Below, piece after piece: positions 1 to 12,325 of a stretch of DNA of 64,000 nt. The position numbers and the translations under genes are program-made. Location of the stretch: contig OZ024763.1 in NCBI GenBank assembly GCA_964016885.1, positions 2,604,001-2,668,000 of the forward strand. The letters run 5' to 3'. This DNA comes from Eledone cirrhosa. Taxonomy: Eukaryota. Numbering within the stretch: position 1 is the stretch's first letter; each line of letters begins with the position of its first letter. The notes beneath the pieces are model-generated. The model made no database searches, had not been told where the DNA came from, and worked only from the letters and a program-made list of their open reading frames with translations.

Positions 1-166
1 CAGACCACCACACACATTAACAATTCCTATATACTCCACGGTACATCTCTGCAGGATGCGCTCCTTTGATTTTAAAGTGCTGCATTCAAATGTAGAACTT
101 GTTAACAGCCGCATGTCACGGTTGAATGAATGCATTTTTAACTGGATTGCACACACGTTATACATA

Positions 167-208
<42 letters not shown>

Positions 209-217
209 CACATATAT

Positions 218-256
<39 letters not shown>

Positions 257-628
257 AACATGTGTATAATCATTTTCAACTGTAGGTTACATGTACTCAT
301 ATAGAGGTATATATACTTTTATATATATATATATATTATATAATTATATATTTTATATATATATATATATATATAGCACTCTCTTTTCCTTTACCTTTCC
401 TACGGAAATACTTTATATATATACATACATACATACATACTTACATACATACATACATACATACGTACGTACGTACGTACGTACGTACGTACGTATGTAT
501 GTATGTATATATATATATTGAACTATAGTTTGCATATTTATAATCAGGTATTTTTAATCAGGTATTTTTAATCAGGTATTTTTTTTCAGCTATAATTTAT
601 ATATTTAAATATATATACATATGTATAA

Positions 629-714
<86 letters not shown>

Positions 715-855
715 TAAAATGTGATTCTATAGACATGTTTTATTGGTAATTCTATAAACATGTTTTATGATATATAGCTCTGATTATTTAATTTATTAAT
801 TCTTCATTGAGCCACAAAGTGACCCGTTGCAAAACACATTTATATTTATGACTTT

Positions 856-1037
856 ATCATTTCATTTCATTTTACGTCTGCTTCTCCCTGCTTGCAAGGG
901 TGGGACGGGAACTGATTCTGGCTTGATTTCTACAGCTGGATGCCCTTCCTAACACCAACCTCATTTACAGTGAGTGCTGGGTGCTTTTTTGCCGTGGCAC
1001 CTCCACGACCACTTTGCAGTGGAATGATAGGGACCCC
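856..1037 (-). mobile_element. SINE family A, 3' half
   Basis: Matches the 3' ~180 bp of the full-length copy at 11751-12077 in reverse complement; truncated at GGGACCCC where a hammerhead-bearing element begins. Confidence 0.85.
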
Positions 1038-1150
1038 CTTGGAATGAAACAGTTCTAGTCCTGTAGAAGCCATTACTATATTAAAAATGTATACTTTGCT
1101 ATGTATTGAGTACCTTACTTACTGTGGTTACCCCCGATTGAACCTGGGAC
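1038..1150 (+). mobile_element. Penelope-like pLTR remnant, hammerhead family H3 (3' half of ribozyme plus tail)
   Basis: GAAT-GAAA-CAG-TTCTAGTC-CTG-TA-GAAGCC followed by the tail TGTATTGAGTACCTTACTTACTGTGGTTA, which is shared with 19613-19742 and 47026-47143. Confidence 0.65.
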
Positions 1151-1232
1151 ACACACACACAGATACACACACACACACATATATATATATATAATCATCC
1201 TTTTACATCAATTTTCCCTGCTTGCTTGGGAT

Positions 1233-1540
1233 GAGAGAGAGACAGACAGATAGACAGACAGAGAGACAGAGAGGCACAGACAGAGAGAAAGACAGAGAGA
1301 CAGACAGAGAGACACAGACAGAGAGACACAGACAGAGAGACACACAGAGAGACAGACAGAGAGAGAGACAGACAGACAGAGAGAGACAGACTGACAGAGA
1401 GAGACAGACTGACAGAGAGAGACAGACAGACACAGAGACAGAGAGACGGGTAGACAGACAGACAGAAAGAATGAGAGTCAGACAGACAGAGAGAGAGAGA
1501 CAGAGAGAGAGACAGACAGAGAGAGAGAGAGAGAGACCAG
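1233..1540. repeat. (GA)n/(GACA)n compound microsatellite
   Basis: Direct inspection. Confidence 0.95.
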
Positions 1541-1839
1541 TATAACTTGTTAGATGAGGTTTAACTTAATAGTTTATTGTTCTTTAAAATATGTTAAATA
1601 TTTCATTACAGACTTAACTTGCTGAATTAATTTTGTAAATCTAGGAGTAGATATCTGGCTGTGGGGGAGGAGGTTTGGGCAGGTAACTGTAGGGTTTTCA
1701 CTTCCATCCTACCTTAAGACTCCTCGTTAGTATAAGACTCCTCGTTAGTATAGCTTCTCTATAACCATTACCTCTATAACCATTACTGTAGTACAGAAAC
1801 TGTGAGAAACCACCATTTTATATATATGTCTAATGGTAG

Positions 1840-2130
1840 CTAAGGTGCTTGCATAGGTGGTATGCAGGTTGAGCACTCTATGCTCTTACAGAGCAGAGTA
1901 TGATAGAATGGAAAACGAAAAATCAGTGATGCATCGGAACTCAATTTATTGTGTGTTATAATTGATTTTGGAGCATATGCTCCGAAATCAATAGACGTGT
2001 CCGAGGAACCTGCGAGTCCAGAGTCAGGTCGATCCACACACAGATCGCACCTCGAGCTGTTCGCCTGGGAAACAATTGTAAGACACAATAGAGTTCCGAT
2101 GCATCACGTATTTTTCGTTTTTCATTCTAT
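1840..2130 (+). mobile_element. Fold-back element of hammerhead family H6 (degenerate ribozyme at ~1997-2086)
   Basis: Inverted arms ~1903-1954 and ~2083-2130; CCGAGGA...GAAA-CAATTG-TA; shares TCCAGAG...CCTCGAGCTG and the flanking GAGCA..GAGTGCTCAACC region with 34550-34790 and 58386-58780. Confidence 0.55.
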
Positions 2131-2154
2131 ATATATATATATATGTATATATAT

Positions 2155-2828
2155 CATCATAATCATCATCATCATTGTTTAATGTCCACTTTCCACGCTA
2201 GCATGGGTTTGATGGGTTGTCCCGAAATTTGAGGCAAGTTGAGTCAGGTGACCGTGTTTTGCTGATATAGAACTGTTTCTGGCTAGATTTCTACAGCTGG
2301 ATGCCCCTCCCAACACCAACCACATCTACAGTGTGGACTAGGTGCTTTTTATCGTGTCACCTACATAACCACTTTACAGTGTGGACTAGGCTCTTTTTAT
2401 TGTGACACCTACATGACCGCTTTACATTGTGTACTGGGTACTTCTTGTGACACCTACACAATCACTTTACAGTGTGTACTAAGTACTTTTTGTTGCGACA
2501 CAACTACATGACCACATTACAGAGTGGACTGGGTGCTTTTTATTGTGACACCTACATGACCACTTTACATTGTGTACTGGGTACTTCTTTTGACACCTAC
2601 ACGATCACTTTACAGTGTGTACTAAGTGTGTACTAAGACACCTACACAATCACTTTACAGTGTGTACATGACCACTTTACAGAGTGGACTGGGTGCTTTT
2701 TGTTTTGACACCTACATGACCACTTTACAGTGTGGACTGGGTGCTTTTTGTCGTGACACCGACATGACCACTTTACAGTGTGGACTGGGTGCTTTTTGTC
2801 GTGACACCTACATGACCACTTTACAGTC
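2155..2828 (-). mobile_element. RTE-tailed SINE/3'UTR fragment with internal 48-bp minisatellite (~10 copies, ~2330-2828)
   Basis: (CAT)n tail, then TTTAATGTCCACTTTCCACGCTAGCATGGG and CTACAGCTGGATGCCC, then tandem GTGACACCTACATGACCACTTTACAGTGTGGACTGGGTGCTTTTTATC. Confidence 0.8.
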
Positions 2829-3190
2829 GGGGTGGACAATCTAATATAATTGACTCAACTCAAGTTTCTAATGACTCTGCCAGTCCAGATTCGCCCACCA
2901 CATTGACAATCTAATATAATTGACTCAACTCAAGTTTATAAACTCTACCTGACGTTCTAATGACTCTGCCAGTCCACATTCGCCCACCACATTGACAATC
3001 AAATATAATTGACTTACAAAAAGTCAGACATAATAAAATTAAGCCAGAAGTTGGCAACAATTGATTTCAACGGATTGTTTACTGTAACTGGCTGACATAT
3101 TGGTTTTGTGGTGGAGGTGGTGGAGAGTGGTGGTGGTGGAGAGGGTGGTGGATGTGATGTCAGTAGACTTTTTACTTCTCCAACTCTATG

Positions 3191-3267
<77 letters not shown>

Positions 3268-3658
3268 TTATATATATATCTTTCTCTGTCTACCTGTGTC
3301 TCTCTCTTGCTCTGTCACAAAAGCCAAGACTTTTGTTGTCCAACAACACCATCACCACCACCGACACCATCACAACAACAACAACAACATCTGAGGACAA
3401 CAGTAATCTGTAGATGTTTTATTATCCAATCAAGGTTATTTTATAACTTAATAATTTATCTCAACTTCTGGCCAAATAAATGGATTTGGTGCCAGAAGAA
3501 GACAAGAGAGCAATTCTTTGTACAGTTGAGTAGTCATCATCATCATCATCATCATCACCAAAACAAATGTTTTGTGACATACATGTCTATTTGCTTATAT
3601 ATATATATATATAATATATATCATCATCATCGTTTAACGTCCATTTTCCACGCTAGCA

Positions 3659-4207
3659 TGGATTATATATATATATATATGTGTGTGTATATGAATATAT
3701 ATAAGGATTATATATATATATATATGTGTGTGTATATGAATATATATAAGGATTATATATATATATATGTGTGTGTATATGAATATATATAAGGATTATA
3801 TATATATATATGTGTGTGTATATGAATATATATAAGGATTATATATATATATATATATATGTGTGTGTATATGAATATATATAAGGATTATATATATATA
3901 TATATATGTGTGTGTATATGAATATATATAAGGATTATATATATATATGTATGTGTGTGTATATGAATATATATAAGGATTATATATATATATGTGTGTG
4001 TGTGTATATGAATATATATAAGGATTATATATATATATATATATATGTGTGTATATGAATATATATAAGGATTATATATATATATATGTGTGTGTATATG
4101 AATATATATAAGGATTATATATATATATATGTGTGTGTATATGAATATATATAAGGATTATATATATATATATATATATGTGTGTGTATATGAATATATA
4201 TAAGGAT

Positions 4208-4240
<33 letters not shown>

Positions 4241-4335
4241 ATATGAATATATATAAGGATTATATATATATATATGTGTGTGTATAAGGATTATATATAT
4301 ATATATGTGTGTGTATATGAATATATATAAGGAAT
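3659..4335. repeat. ~45-bp minisatellite with variable (TA)n/(TG)n, ~15 units
   Basis: Repeated GGAT(TA)n(TG)nTATATGAATATATATAA. Confidence 0.9.
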
Positions 4336-4541
4336 TTGTAGTTTACTTGAAGCATTGTGTATGGTATAAAGAATTTGAAGTTTGAAAGCCACACAATGCG
4401 TATTGGACGGAAAATAATAAAGTCGTAGAAAACAGGGGTGAGGTTACCTTAATTTATTCTAAAAAAAATGTTGGGGAAAAAAATAATAAAACCAGCCTGG
4501 TAAAGCACGCCACATCAGACACTGAAGTAGTTTCGTTCTTT

Positions 4542-4579
4542 TCCTCGGAAGAAGAGATATTAATCTCAAAATATCAGGA
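4542..4579 (+). ncRNA. Degenerate minimal hammerhead motif (family H7)
   Basis: Stem I TCCT/AGGA; core CGGAAGA (U4G); stem II GAGAT/ATCTC; AAAA in place of GAAA; palindromic ATAT then C. Confidence 0.4.
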
Positions 4580-4690
4580 CATGTGAATAAATTAAGGTAA
4601 AAAAACATCCCCTGTTTCTTACGATTTAATTAGTTTGAGTCCTATTCGCAATGTCATGGCTTTCAAACTTCGAATTCTTTATATATATAT

Positions 4691-5414
4691 CATCATCATC
4701 ATCATCATCATCGTTTAACGTCCATGTTCCATGCTTGCATGGGTTTGGACGGAAGTTTTCCCACTTGAGGCAAGAGTGGTTGTCTTGCTCGCATAGGACT
4801 GTCTGGCGAGTTTTCATTTTGAAAAAAAAACTCATTTTGTTATATATATATATATATATCATCATCATCATCATTTCATTTTACGTCCACTTTTTCCCTG
4901 CTTGCAAGGGTGGGACAGGAAATGATTCTGGCGGGTTTTCTACAGCTGGATGCCCTTCCTAACACCAACCACATTTACAGTGTGGGACTGGGAGGTTTTT
5001 ACCGTGTTGCCTACACGGCCACATTACAGCGTGGACTGTCTGGCGGGTTTTCTACAGCTGGATGCCCTTCCTAACACCAACCACATTTACAGTGTGGGAC
5101 TGGGAGGTTTTTACCGTGTTGCCTACACGGCCACATTACAGCGTGGACTGTGTGTTTTTTTTGTCGTGACACCTACACTATCTCATTTGTTTCGGCCTGG
5201 ATGTTGTGGCACCAACATAACTTTACATTGAAAGGGGCGGTGTGGATGGGACGGGGGTGGTGGGATGGGGGTGTATTTTATTAGAGATGCCTACTGACTG
5301 TAGTAGGTTTTACTTTGTATTTAGGTAAGGCAGGTCTTCTCTATTACTGTGTAGCGCCAAAGATCTCGGTCCAGTGACACTGTCTTGGAGAGGTGTAAGT
5401 GTGTGAGGTCGGAA
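4691..5414 (-). mobile_element. RTE family 2 3' end fragments (ORF end plus long 3'UTR), mosaic with SINE-A tail
   Basis: Reverse-complement match to 34045-34535; internal duplication of the CTACAGCTGGATGCCC block. Confidence 0.8.
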
Positions 5415-5436
5415 TATATATATATATATATATATA

Positions 5437-5607
5437 CATCATCATCATTTTACGTCCACTTTTCCCTGCTTGCAAGGGTGGGAAGGGTCCTATTCAGCAC
5501 AACATCTCTCCACTTGTCACGGTCCTTCGTCATCTCTTCTATGAGCTTCAGCGATCTGAGGTCTGCCCTCACCACCTCCGCCCATGTTTTTTGTGGTCTT
5601 CCTCTAC
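5437..5607 (-). mobile_element. RTE family 1 LINE 3' terminal fragment
   Basis: Encodes RGRPQKTWAEVVRADLRSLKLIEEMTKDRDKWRDVVLNRTLPTLASREKWT*, a typical RTE C-terminus, followed by a (TGA)n tail. Confidence 0.9.
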
Positions 5608-5791
5608 ATATATATATATACATATATATACATATATATATACACATATATATATATATATGTTAAAGTTCAATTGAAATTGTTGGGATACAACAAGCAA
5701 ATATTTTTATAACTGATATAAAGCACTCAACAAGTATTTGGAGTAAAAATATGATATTAACAAATGGAAACTATATTTATAAAACCATATT

Positions 5792-5856
5792 TATTTCATT
5801 ATACATATTTCAAGGACACCAAGTTAAATTATGGTGTGCTTTCATCAGATAAAATA
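5792..5856 (-). ncRNA. Type I hammerhead ribozyme motif (family H1)
   Basis: Minus strand: TATTTTAT-CTGATGA-AAG CACACCA...TGGTGTC CTT-GAAA-TATGTA-TA|ATGAAATA. Intact core; stems I, II and III pair. Confidence 0.8.
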
Positions 5857-5931
5857 TAATATAGATCAGTTTTATAAATAAATATTGACATACCCTTAAA
5901 GAATGCAACCATTGCTGTTGGAAGCTCCCAG

Positions 5932-5977
<46 letters not shown>

Positions 5978-6019
5978 TACGATATTAAACAAATGGAAAC
6001 TATATTTATAAAACCATAT

Positions 6020-6085
6020 TTTTTCATTATACATATTTCGGGGATACCATATTAAAAATATGGCATGCCTTCTTCAGATAAAATA
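6020..6085 (-). ncRNA. Type I hammerhead ribozyme motif (family H1)
   Basis: Minus strand: TATTTTAT-CTGAAGA-AGG CATGCCATATT...AATATGGTATC CCC-GAAA-TATGTA-TA|ATGAAAAA. Confidence 0.75.
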
Positions 6086-6439
6086 CAATATATAAACAGT
6101 TTTATAAATAATTTTGACGTACCATAAATATTGAGCAACCATCGCTCTTCCCCTGCTTGCAAGGGTTATATATATACATACATATATGGTGTATATATAT
6201 GTGCAGCTAAAGGTGTTGTAACATCAACTATATTATTGTCAGTAGCCTTTCCTTTCTCAACATCTCATGTCTTATCCTCTTCATTGCTGACAATATTATC
6301 AACATCACTATTTTTTATCACCATGCCCCCTTCTTATCTCCATTGCTGTTTTATCAGCATGCTTTCTTTTTTATCATTGTCATCATTATTATCACTATTG
6401 TCATCATCACTATCATCATCATCATCATCATCATCGTGT

Positions 6440-6834
<395 letters not shown>

Positions 6835-7640
6835 CTTGATCTCTCTCTCTATCTATCAAGCAATCTTTCTCCATCCATCTCTCTCTCTCTCTTTCTCTCA
6901 CTCTCTATCTATCTCTCTCTCTCTCTCTCTCTCACTCTCTATCTATCTATCTCACTCTCTATCTATCTATCTATCTCTCTCTCTATATATATATATACAC
7001 ACACACATATAAGAAAAGAGTCAGGACCCCAGACAGTTATCGCCATGTCTATGAAATACCAGCACCTCTTGGTATTCTCAAACTAAAGTACTTTTAAATC
7101 CATGCCCCCCCCCTACCCTCTTCTAACCCCCCCACCCCCACCACACAATAGACATCCATTATACTCCACCTGAGCTGTTCCACACCACTTTTCTAATTGA
7201 CTACATCAACACCTTACACTTTTTATTCCTTCAACTTCCACATCCCTGTTACTTCTCTCTCCTCTCACCTCTCTCTGTCTCTTGTCCTTCTCCTCTTCCC
7301 CCCTCCTTCTCCTCCTCTCATATACCCACCTCTCTCTATCTCTCCTATCCTCTCTCTCTCTCCTATTCTCTATTTCTCTCTATATTTCCTTCTTCCCCCC
7401 ATCCCCCCTAGTCCTTCCACCCCCCATCCCTCCCTAGTCCTTCCACCCAGTCCTCTTTCTTTGTCGTCATCCTTTTACTTTCTCACCCACCCGAGGCAGC
7501 CCCTCGGTCCTTTGTAGCCTCAGTACCCCCACCCCCTTCCCCTATTCTAGGATAGATTTGGCCGACTCCACTTTTTATAGCAGATGTGTTAGACCCCGGA
7601 TACTTGCCTTCTTATCTGATGGCTGCCCCTTTTCCGTGCT

Positions 7641-7746
<106 letters not shown>

Positions 7747-7771
7747 GATATTAACAAATGGAAACCATATT

Positions 7772-7837
7772 TATTTCATTATACATATTTCAAGGGTGAC
7801 CAAGGCAAATTATGGTGCGCTCTCATCAGATAAAATA
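7772..7837 (-). ncRNA. Type I hammerhead ribozyme motif (family H1)
   Basis: Minus strand: TATTTTAT-CTGATGA-GAG CGCACCA...TGGTCACC CTT-GAAA-TATGTA-TA|ATGAAATA; an inverted 3'-half copy lies at ~7912-7980. Confidence 0.75.
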
Positions 7838-8051
7838 CAGATTTGTTTTATAAATAAATATTGACATACCCGGAAAAAAGACAACCTTAACGGTTGGAGC
7901 TTCCCGGATAGTGGTTGCCCTTGAAATATGTACAATAAAACAAACATGGTCTTACAAATATAGTTTCCATATATTAATATATTGTGTATTTACTCCACTA
8001 ATTATGTTGAGTGGTTTATATCAGTTATAAAAATGTTAAAGCTTGTTGACC

Positions 8052-8110
<59 letters not shown>

Positions 8111-8222
8111 GGAGGTGATAGTACAATAAAGCAATGCAGATATCGGATAAGAAGCACTCTACAGTTTGTAGGACTGGAGTATACATAATATAAGATCAAA
8201 AGATGGTTAAAGGAGTTCCATG

Positions 8223-8293
8223 TATTTTATTATGCGCATTTCAAAAACAAACATCATCATGCAATAATATTTGTGTTTTCATCAGATAAAACA
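8223..8293 (-). ncRNA. Type I hammerhead ribozyme motif (family H1, left arm of inverted pair)
   Basis: Near-exact reverse complement of 8383-8454; intact CTGATGA...GAAA-TGCGCA-TA. Confidence 0.85.
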
Positions 8294-8382
8294 GGAGAAT
8301 ATGATATGAAGGCTAAGAAGGCTATGTTGATTTAAAACTGCACTATCCACAAGTGTTTTTTAGCCTTCATATCATGTTCTCC

Positions 8383-8454
8383 TGTTTTATCTGATGAAAA
8401 CACAAATATTATTGCATGATGATGTTTGTTTTTTGAAATGCGCATAATAAAATA
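8383..8454 (+). ncRNA. Type I hammerhead ribozyme motif (family H1, right arm of inverted pair)
   Basis: TGTTTTAT-CTGATGA-AAACACAAATATTATT GCAT GATGATGTTTGTTTTTT-GAAA-TGCGCA-TA|ATAAAATA. Palindromic stem III/loop TGCGCA; predicted cleavage after 8446 (AUA). Confidence 0.85.
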
Positions 8455-8482
8455 CATGGAACTTCTTTAACCATCTTTTGAT

Positions 8483-8559
<77 letters not shown>

Positions 8560-8601
8560 TAAGCCATGTGCCTCCATTATATATATATATATATATATAA
8601 T

Positions 8602-8695
8602 GGAGGCACATGGCTTAGTGATTAGAGCATTGGCCTTGCAATCGAAAGGTTGTGAGTTCAATTCTCGGACCGGGTGATGTGTTGTTCCCTTGAGT
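8602..8695 (+). mobile_element. SINE family A tRNA-like head
   Basis: A box TGGCTTAGTGA and B box GAGTTCAATTC; truncated at CCTTGAG. Confidence 0.85.
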
Positions 8696-8723
8696 AACCA
8701 CAGTAAGTACTCGATACACAGTC

Positions 8724-8775
8724 GGCTTTCCTGATGATTTCCTTTGAATGAAACAATTCTAGTCCAGTAGAATCC
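8724..8775 (+). ncRNA. Hammerhead motif (family H3), stems partly decayed
   Basis: GGCTTTC-CTGATGA-TTTCCTTTGAAT-GAAA-CAATTCTAGTCCAG-TA|GAATCC. Confidence 0.6.
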
Positions 8776-8974
8776 ATCTCTCTCGCTCTCTCTCTCTCTC
8801 TCCAGTGGCACTCTTCTATGGTGGAGATAAGGAAAGAATAAAAGGAAATTAACCAGTTTCATTTTACAATTAAAAAAAAAAAAGGAGCTGCCATTTTTTT
8901 AAATTAAAAGTTTGTGGGGGGAGAGGGCTTCTTCCTACTCCCCTGCTCACCTCCTTCCACCACTATCTTATAAT

Positions 8975-9946
8975 CGTCACCATCATTATCACTATCTATA
9001 TGATCACGACCATCACTATCATCATCACCACCACCACCACTATCACCACCACCACCACCACCACTATCATCACCACCACCACTATCACCACCACCACCAC
9101 CACCACTATCATCACCACCACCACCACTATCACCACCACCACCACCACCACCACTATCATCACCACCACCACTATCATCATCACCACCACCACCACTATC
9201 ACCACCACCACCACTATCATCACCACCACCACTATCACCACCACCACTATCATCATCACCACTATCATCATCACCACCACCACTATCATCATCACCACTA
9301 TCATCACCATCACTACAACCACCAACACTACAACTGTTACACCACCACTACAACCACCACCACACCACTACAATCACCAACACTACAACCGTTACACCAC
9401 CACTACAACCACCACCACACCACACCCCTACAACCACCAACACTACAACCGTTACACAACCACCACAACACCACACCACTACAACCACCAACACTACAAC
9501 CGTTACACCACCACTACAACCACCACCACACCACACCCCTACAACCACCAACACTACAACCGTTACACCACCACTACAACCACCACAACACCACACCACT
9601 ACAACCACCAACACTACAACCACCACCACACCACTACAACCACCAACACTACAACCGTTACACCACCACTACAACCACCACCACACCACTACAATCACCA
9701 ACACTACAACCGTTACACCACCACTACAACCACCACCACATCACACCACTACAACCACCAACACTACAACCGTTACACCACCACTACAACCACCACCACA
9801 CCACCACTACAACCACCACCACACCACACCACTACAATCACCAACACTACAACCGTTACACCACCACTACAACCACCACCACCACACCACTACCACCACC
9901 ACTACAACACCACCACCACCACCACCACACCACCACCACCACCACC
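8975..9946. repeat. (CAC/CAT)n microsatellite grading into a CA-rich minisatellite
   Basis: Recurrent CCAACACTACAACCGTTACACCACCACTACAA unit from ~9320. Confidence 0.95.
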
Positions 9947-10274
9947 ATTTATCAGTTCACTTGAAATCAATGATGAAACAATATTAAACAGTTTGTCTCC
10001 AAAACCATTCAAGCATGTCGGGGGGGGGGGGGGGGGGGTAATATATATTTGTGGGCTGGGGGATGATTTGTTCTTTTCTGTTTGATTTTTTGGTGTGTGG
10101 GGCTGGGTGGAGTGGGTGGAGTGGGGGGGGGGGTTAGAAAAATGAGGGTGGGAGAAGGGAGACAGGGGGGTTGTGTGTTAAATGGTTCTTTTTTTTCCCT
10201 TTTAAAGGATTATTTACGAAGCAGATAATCCTTTAAAGTGGAGAATAATGAAAGGGAGAGAAAAACAAAGAGGG

Positions 10275-10725
10275 ATGGTGTGAGGAGAGGGTGGTGGGGT
10301 GTGAGGAGTGTAGTGGTGGTGGTGGTGTGAGGAGTGTAGTGGTGGTGGTGGTGTGAGGAGAGGGTGGTGGTGGTGTGAGGAAAGTGTGGCAGTGTGGTGG
10401 TGATGGTGTGAGGAGAGGGTAGTGGTGGTGTGGAGTGTGAGGGTGGTGGTTGTGGTAGTGATGATAGTGGTTGTGATGGTAGTGGTGGTGGTGTGAGGAG
10501 AGGGTAGTGGTGGTGTGGAGTGTGAGGGTGGTTGTGGTAGTGATGATAGTGGTTGTGATGGTGTGAGGAGAGGGTGGTGTGGAGTGTGAGGGTGGTAGTG
10601 ATGGTAGTGGTGGTGGTGGTGTGAGGAGAGGGTAGTGGTGGTGTGGAGTGTGAGGGTGGTGGTGGTTGTGGTGGTGGTAAGTGAGGGTAGTGATGGTAGT
10701 GGTGGTGGTGGTGGTGGTGTTTGGG
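10275..10725. repeat. G-rich (GGT)n/GTGAGGAG cryptic repeat
   Basis: Direct inspection. Confidence 0.85.
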
Positions 10726-11027
10726 AGGGTGCTGTAGGTGTTTAATTTCTCTTAAATAGAAATAAGAACCTGGAAATTCATGTGTGCATGAAATTAGGAT
10801 TGTAAAACTTTTTTTTTTCTGGGAGTGTGTATAGATGTGTAGGTCTGTGTATGTGTGTGTGTAGATTTATGTATGTGTGTGTTGGTGTATAATTATGTGT
10901 GTGTTCATGTATGTGTTGATCTATGTATGTGTGTGTGTGTGTGAGTTTAGATACATGTGTGTTTAGATACATGTGTGTACATGTGTATGTATGTATATGT
11001 GTATATAGGTGTGTAGGTACATGTGTG

Positions 11028-11058
<31 letters not shown>

Positions 11059-11121
11059 ATATATATATGTGTGTGTGTGTGTATATATATGTGTGTGTGT
11101 ATATATATATGTGTGTGTGTG

Positions 11122-11164
<43 letters not shown>

Positions 11165-11657
11165 GTGTGTGTGTGTGTGTATAGGTATGTGTATATATGT
11201 ATGTGTGTAGGTATATAGATACATGTATGTATATATATATATATGTATGTATGTAGGGATATAGGTATCCATATATGTATATATATATGTGTGTGTGTAC
11301 ATCTGGGGGTATAAAAGAGAGAAGGGGGGGGGGAGAAAGAGATAAAGAATTACTATGAAAAATGTCTTTTCTGCTGAAATATATAACTAGTGTCTAGTCA
11401 CCCAGCTCATCATTTCACTTCCTCAAATGAAATAAGAGTAGCTTCGCTAAATGAAACGCTAATGAATAAATGTTCGTTAACTAATATCATCGTTATATAT
11501 ATATTTTTTATATACATTTTTTATATATTTTTTATATATTTTTTATATATTTTTATATATTTTTTAGGTTTTTCATTATTTAGATATTTTTGAACTTTTC
11601 TTCTTCTTCTTTAAGAGGAAAGAAACACAGCTTGTCATATCTGTACCTTCCCCCACA

Positions 11658-11688
<31 letters not shown>

Positions 11689-11750
11689 GTATGTGTGTGT
11701 GTGTGTGTACTTGTGGGTATATATATATATATATATATATATACTCACAT

Positions 11751-12075
11751 GGAGGCACATGGCTTAGTGGTTAGAGCATTGGCCTTGCAATCGAAAGGTT
11801 GTGAGTTCAATTTTCAGACCGGGTGATGTGTTGTTTCCTTGAGCAAGACACTTTATTTCACATTGCTCCAGTTTACTCAGCTGTAGAAATGAGATGATAG
11901 GGACTGGGGTCCCTATCATTCCACTGCAAAGTGGTCGTGGAGGTGCCACGGCAAAAAAGCACCCAGCACTCACTGTAAATGAGGTTGGTGTTAGGAAGGG
12001 CATCCAGCTGTAGAAATCAAGCCAGAATCAGTTCCCGTCCCACCCTTGCAAAGCAGACGTAAAATGATGATGATG

Positions 12076-12077
<2 letters not shown>
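11751..12077 (+). mobile_element. Full-length tRNA-derived SINE family A
   Basis: GGAGGCACATGGCTTAGTGG (A box), GAGTTCAATT (B box), CORE/V-like CCTTGAGCAAGACACTT, GGAAGGGCATCCAGCTGTAGAAA block, RTE-type tail and (TGA)n. Confidence 0.92.
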
Positions 12078-12121
<44 letters not shown>

Positions 12122-12325
12122 ATTCAATCTGAACACCTAGCCTCCTGTCAGTTCAAAGACCTGTATGGTGACAAACCACGTCCTACACAAAATGTCTCTG
12201 ATACAGATCAGATCTAAAGACTCTGATACAGCTATCATAGGATAGTCTAGCAGAACAGGTCAGATCTAGAGGAGTAAGCCTCGATAAAAATCCTGCTTAT
12301 CTCATAGTAAACAGCAGCTCATGTG

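Noticed and set aside
11751-11822. tRNA gene
   Set aside because: A and B boxes are present but the acceptor stem does not pair and the sequence continues into a multi-copy SINE body; the same holds for the other heads.
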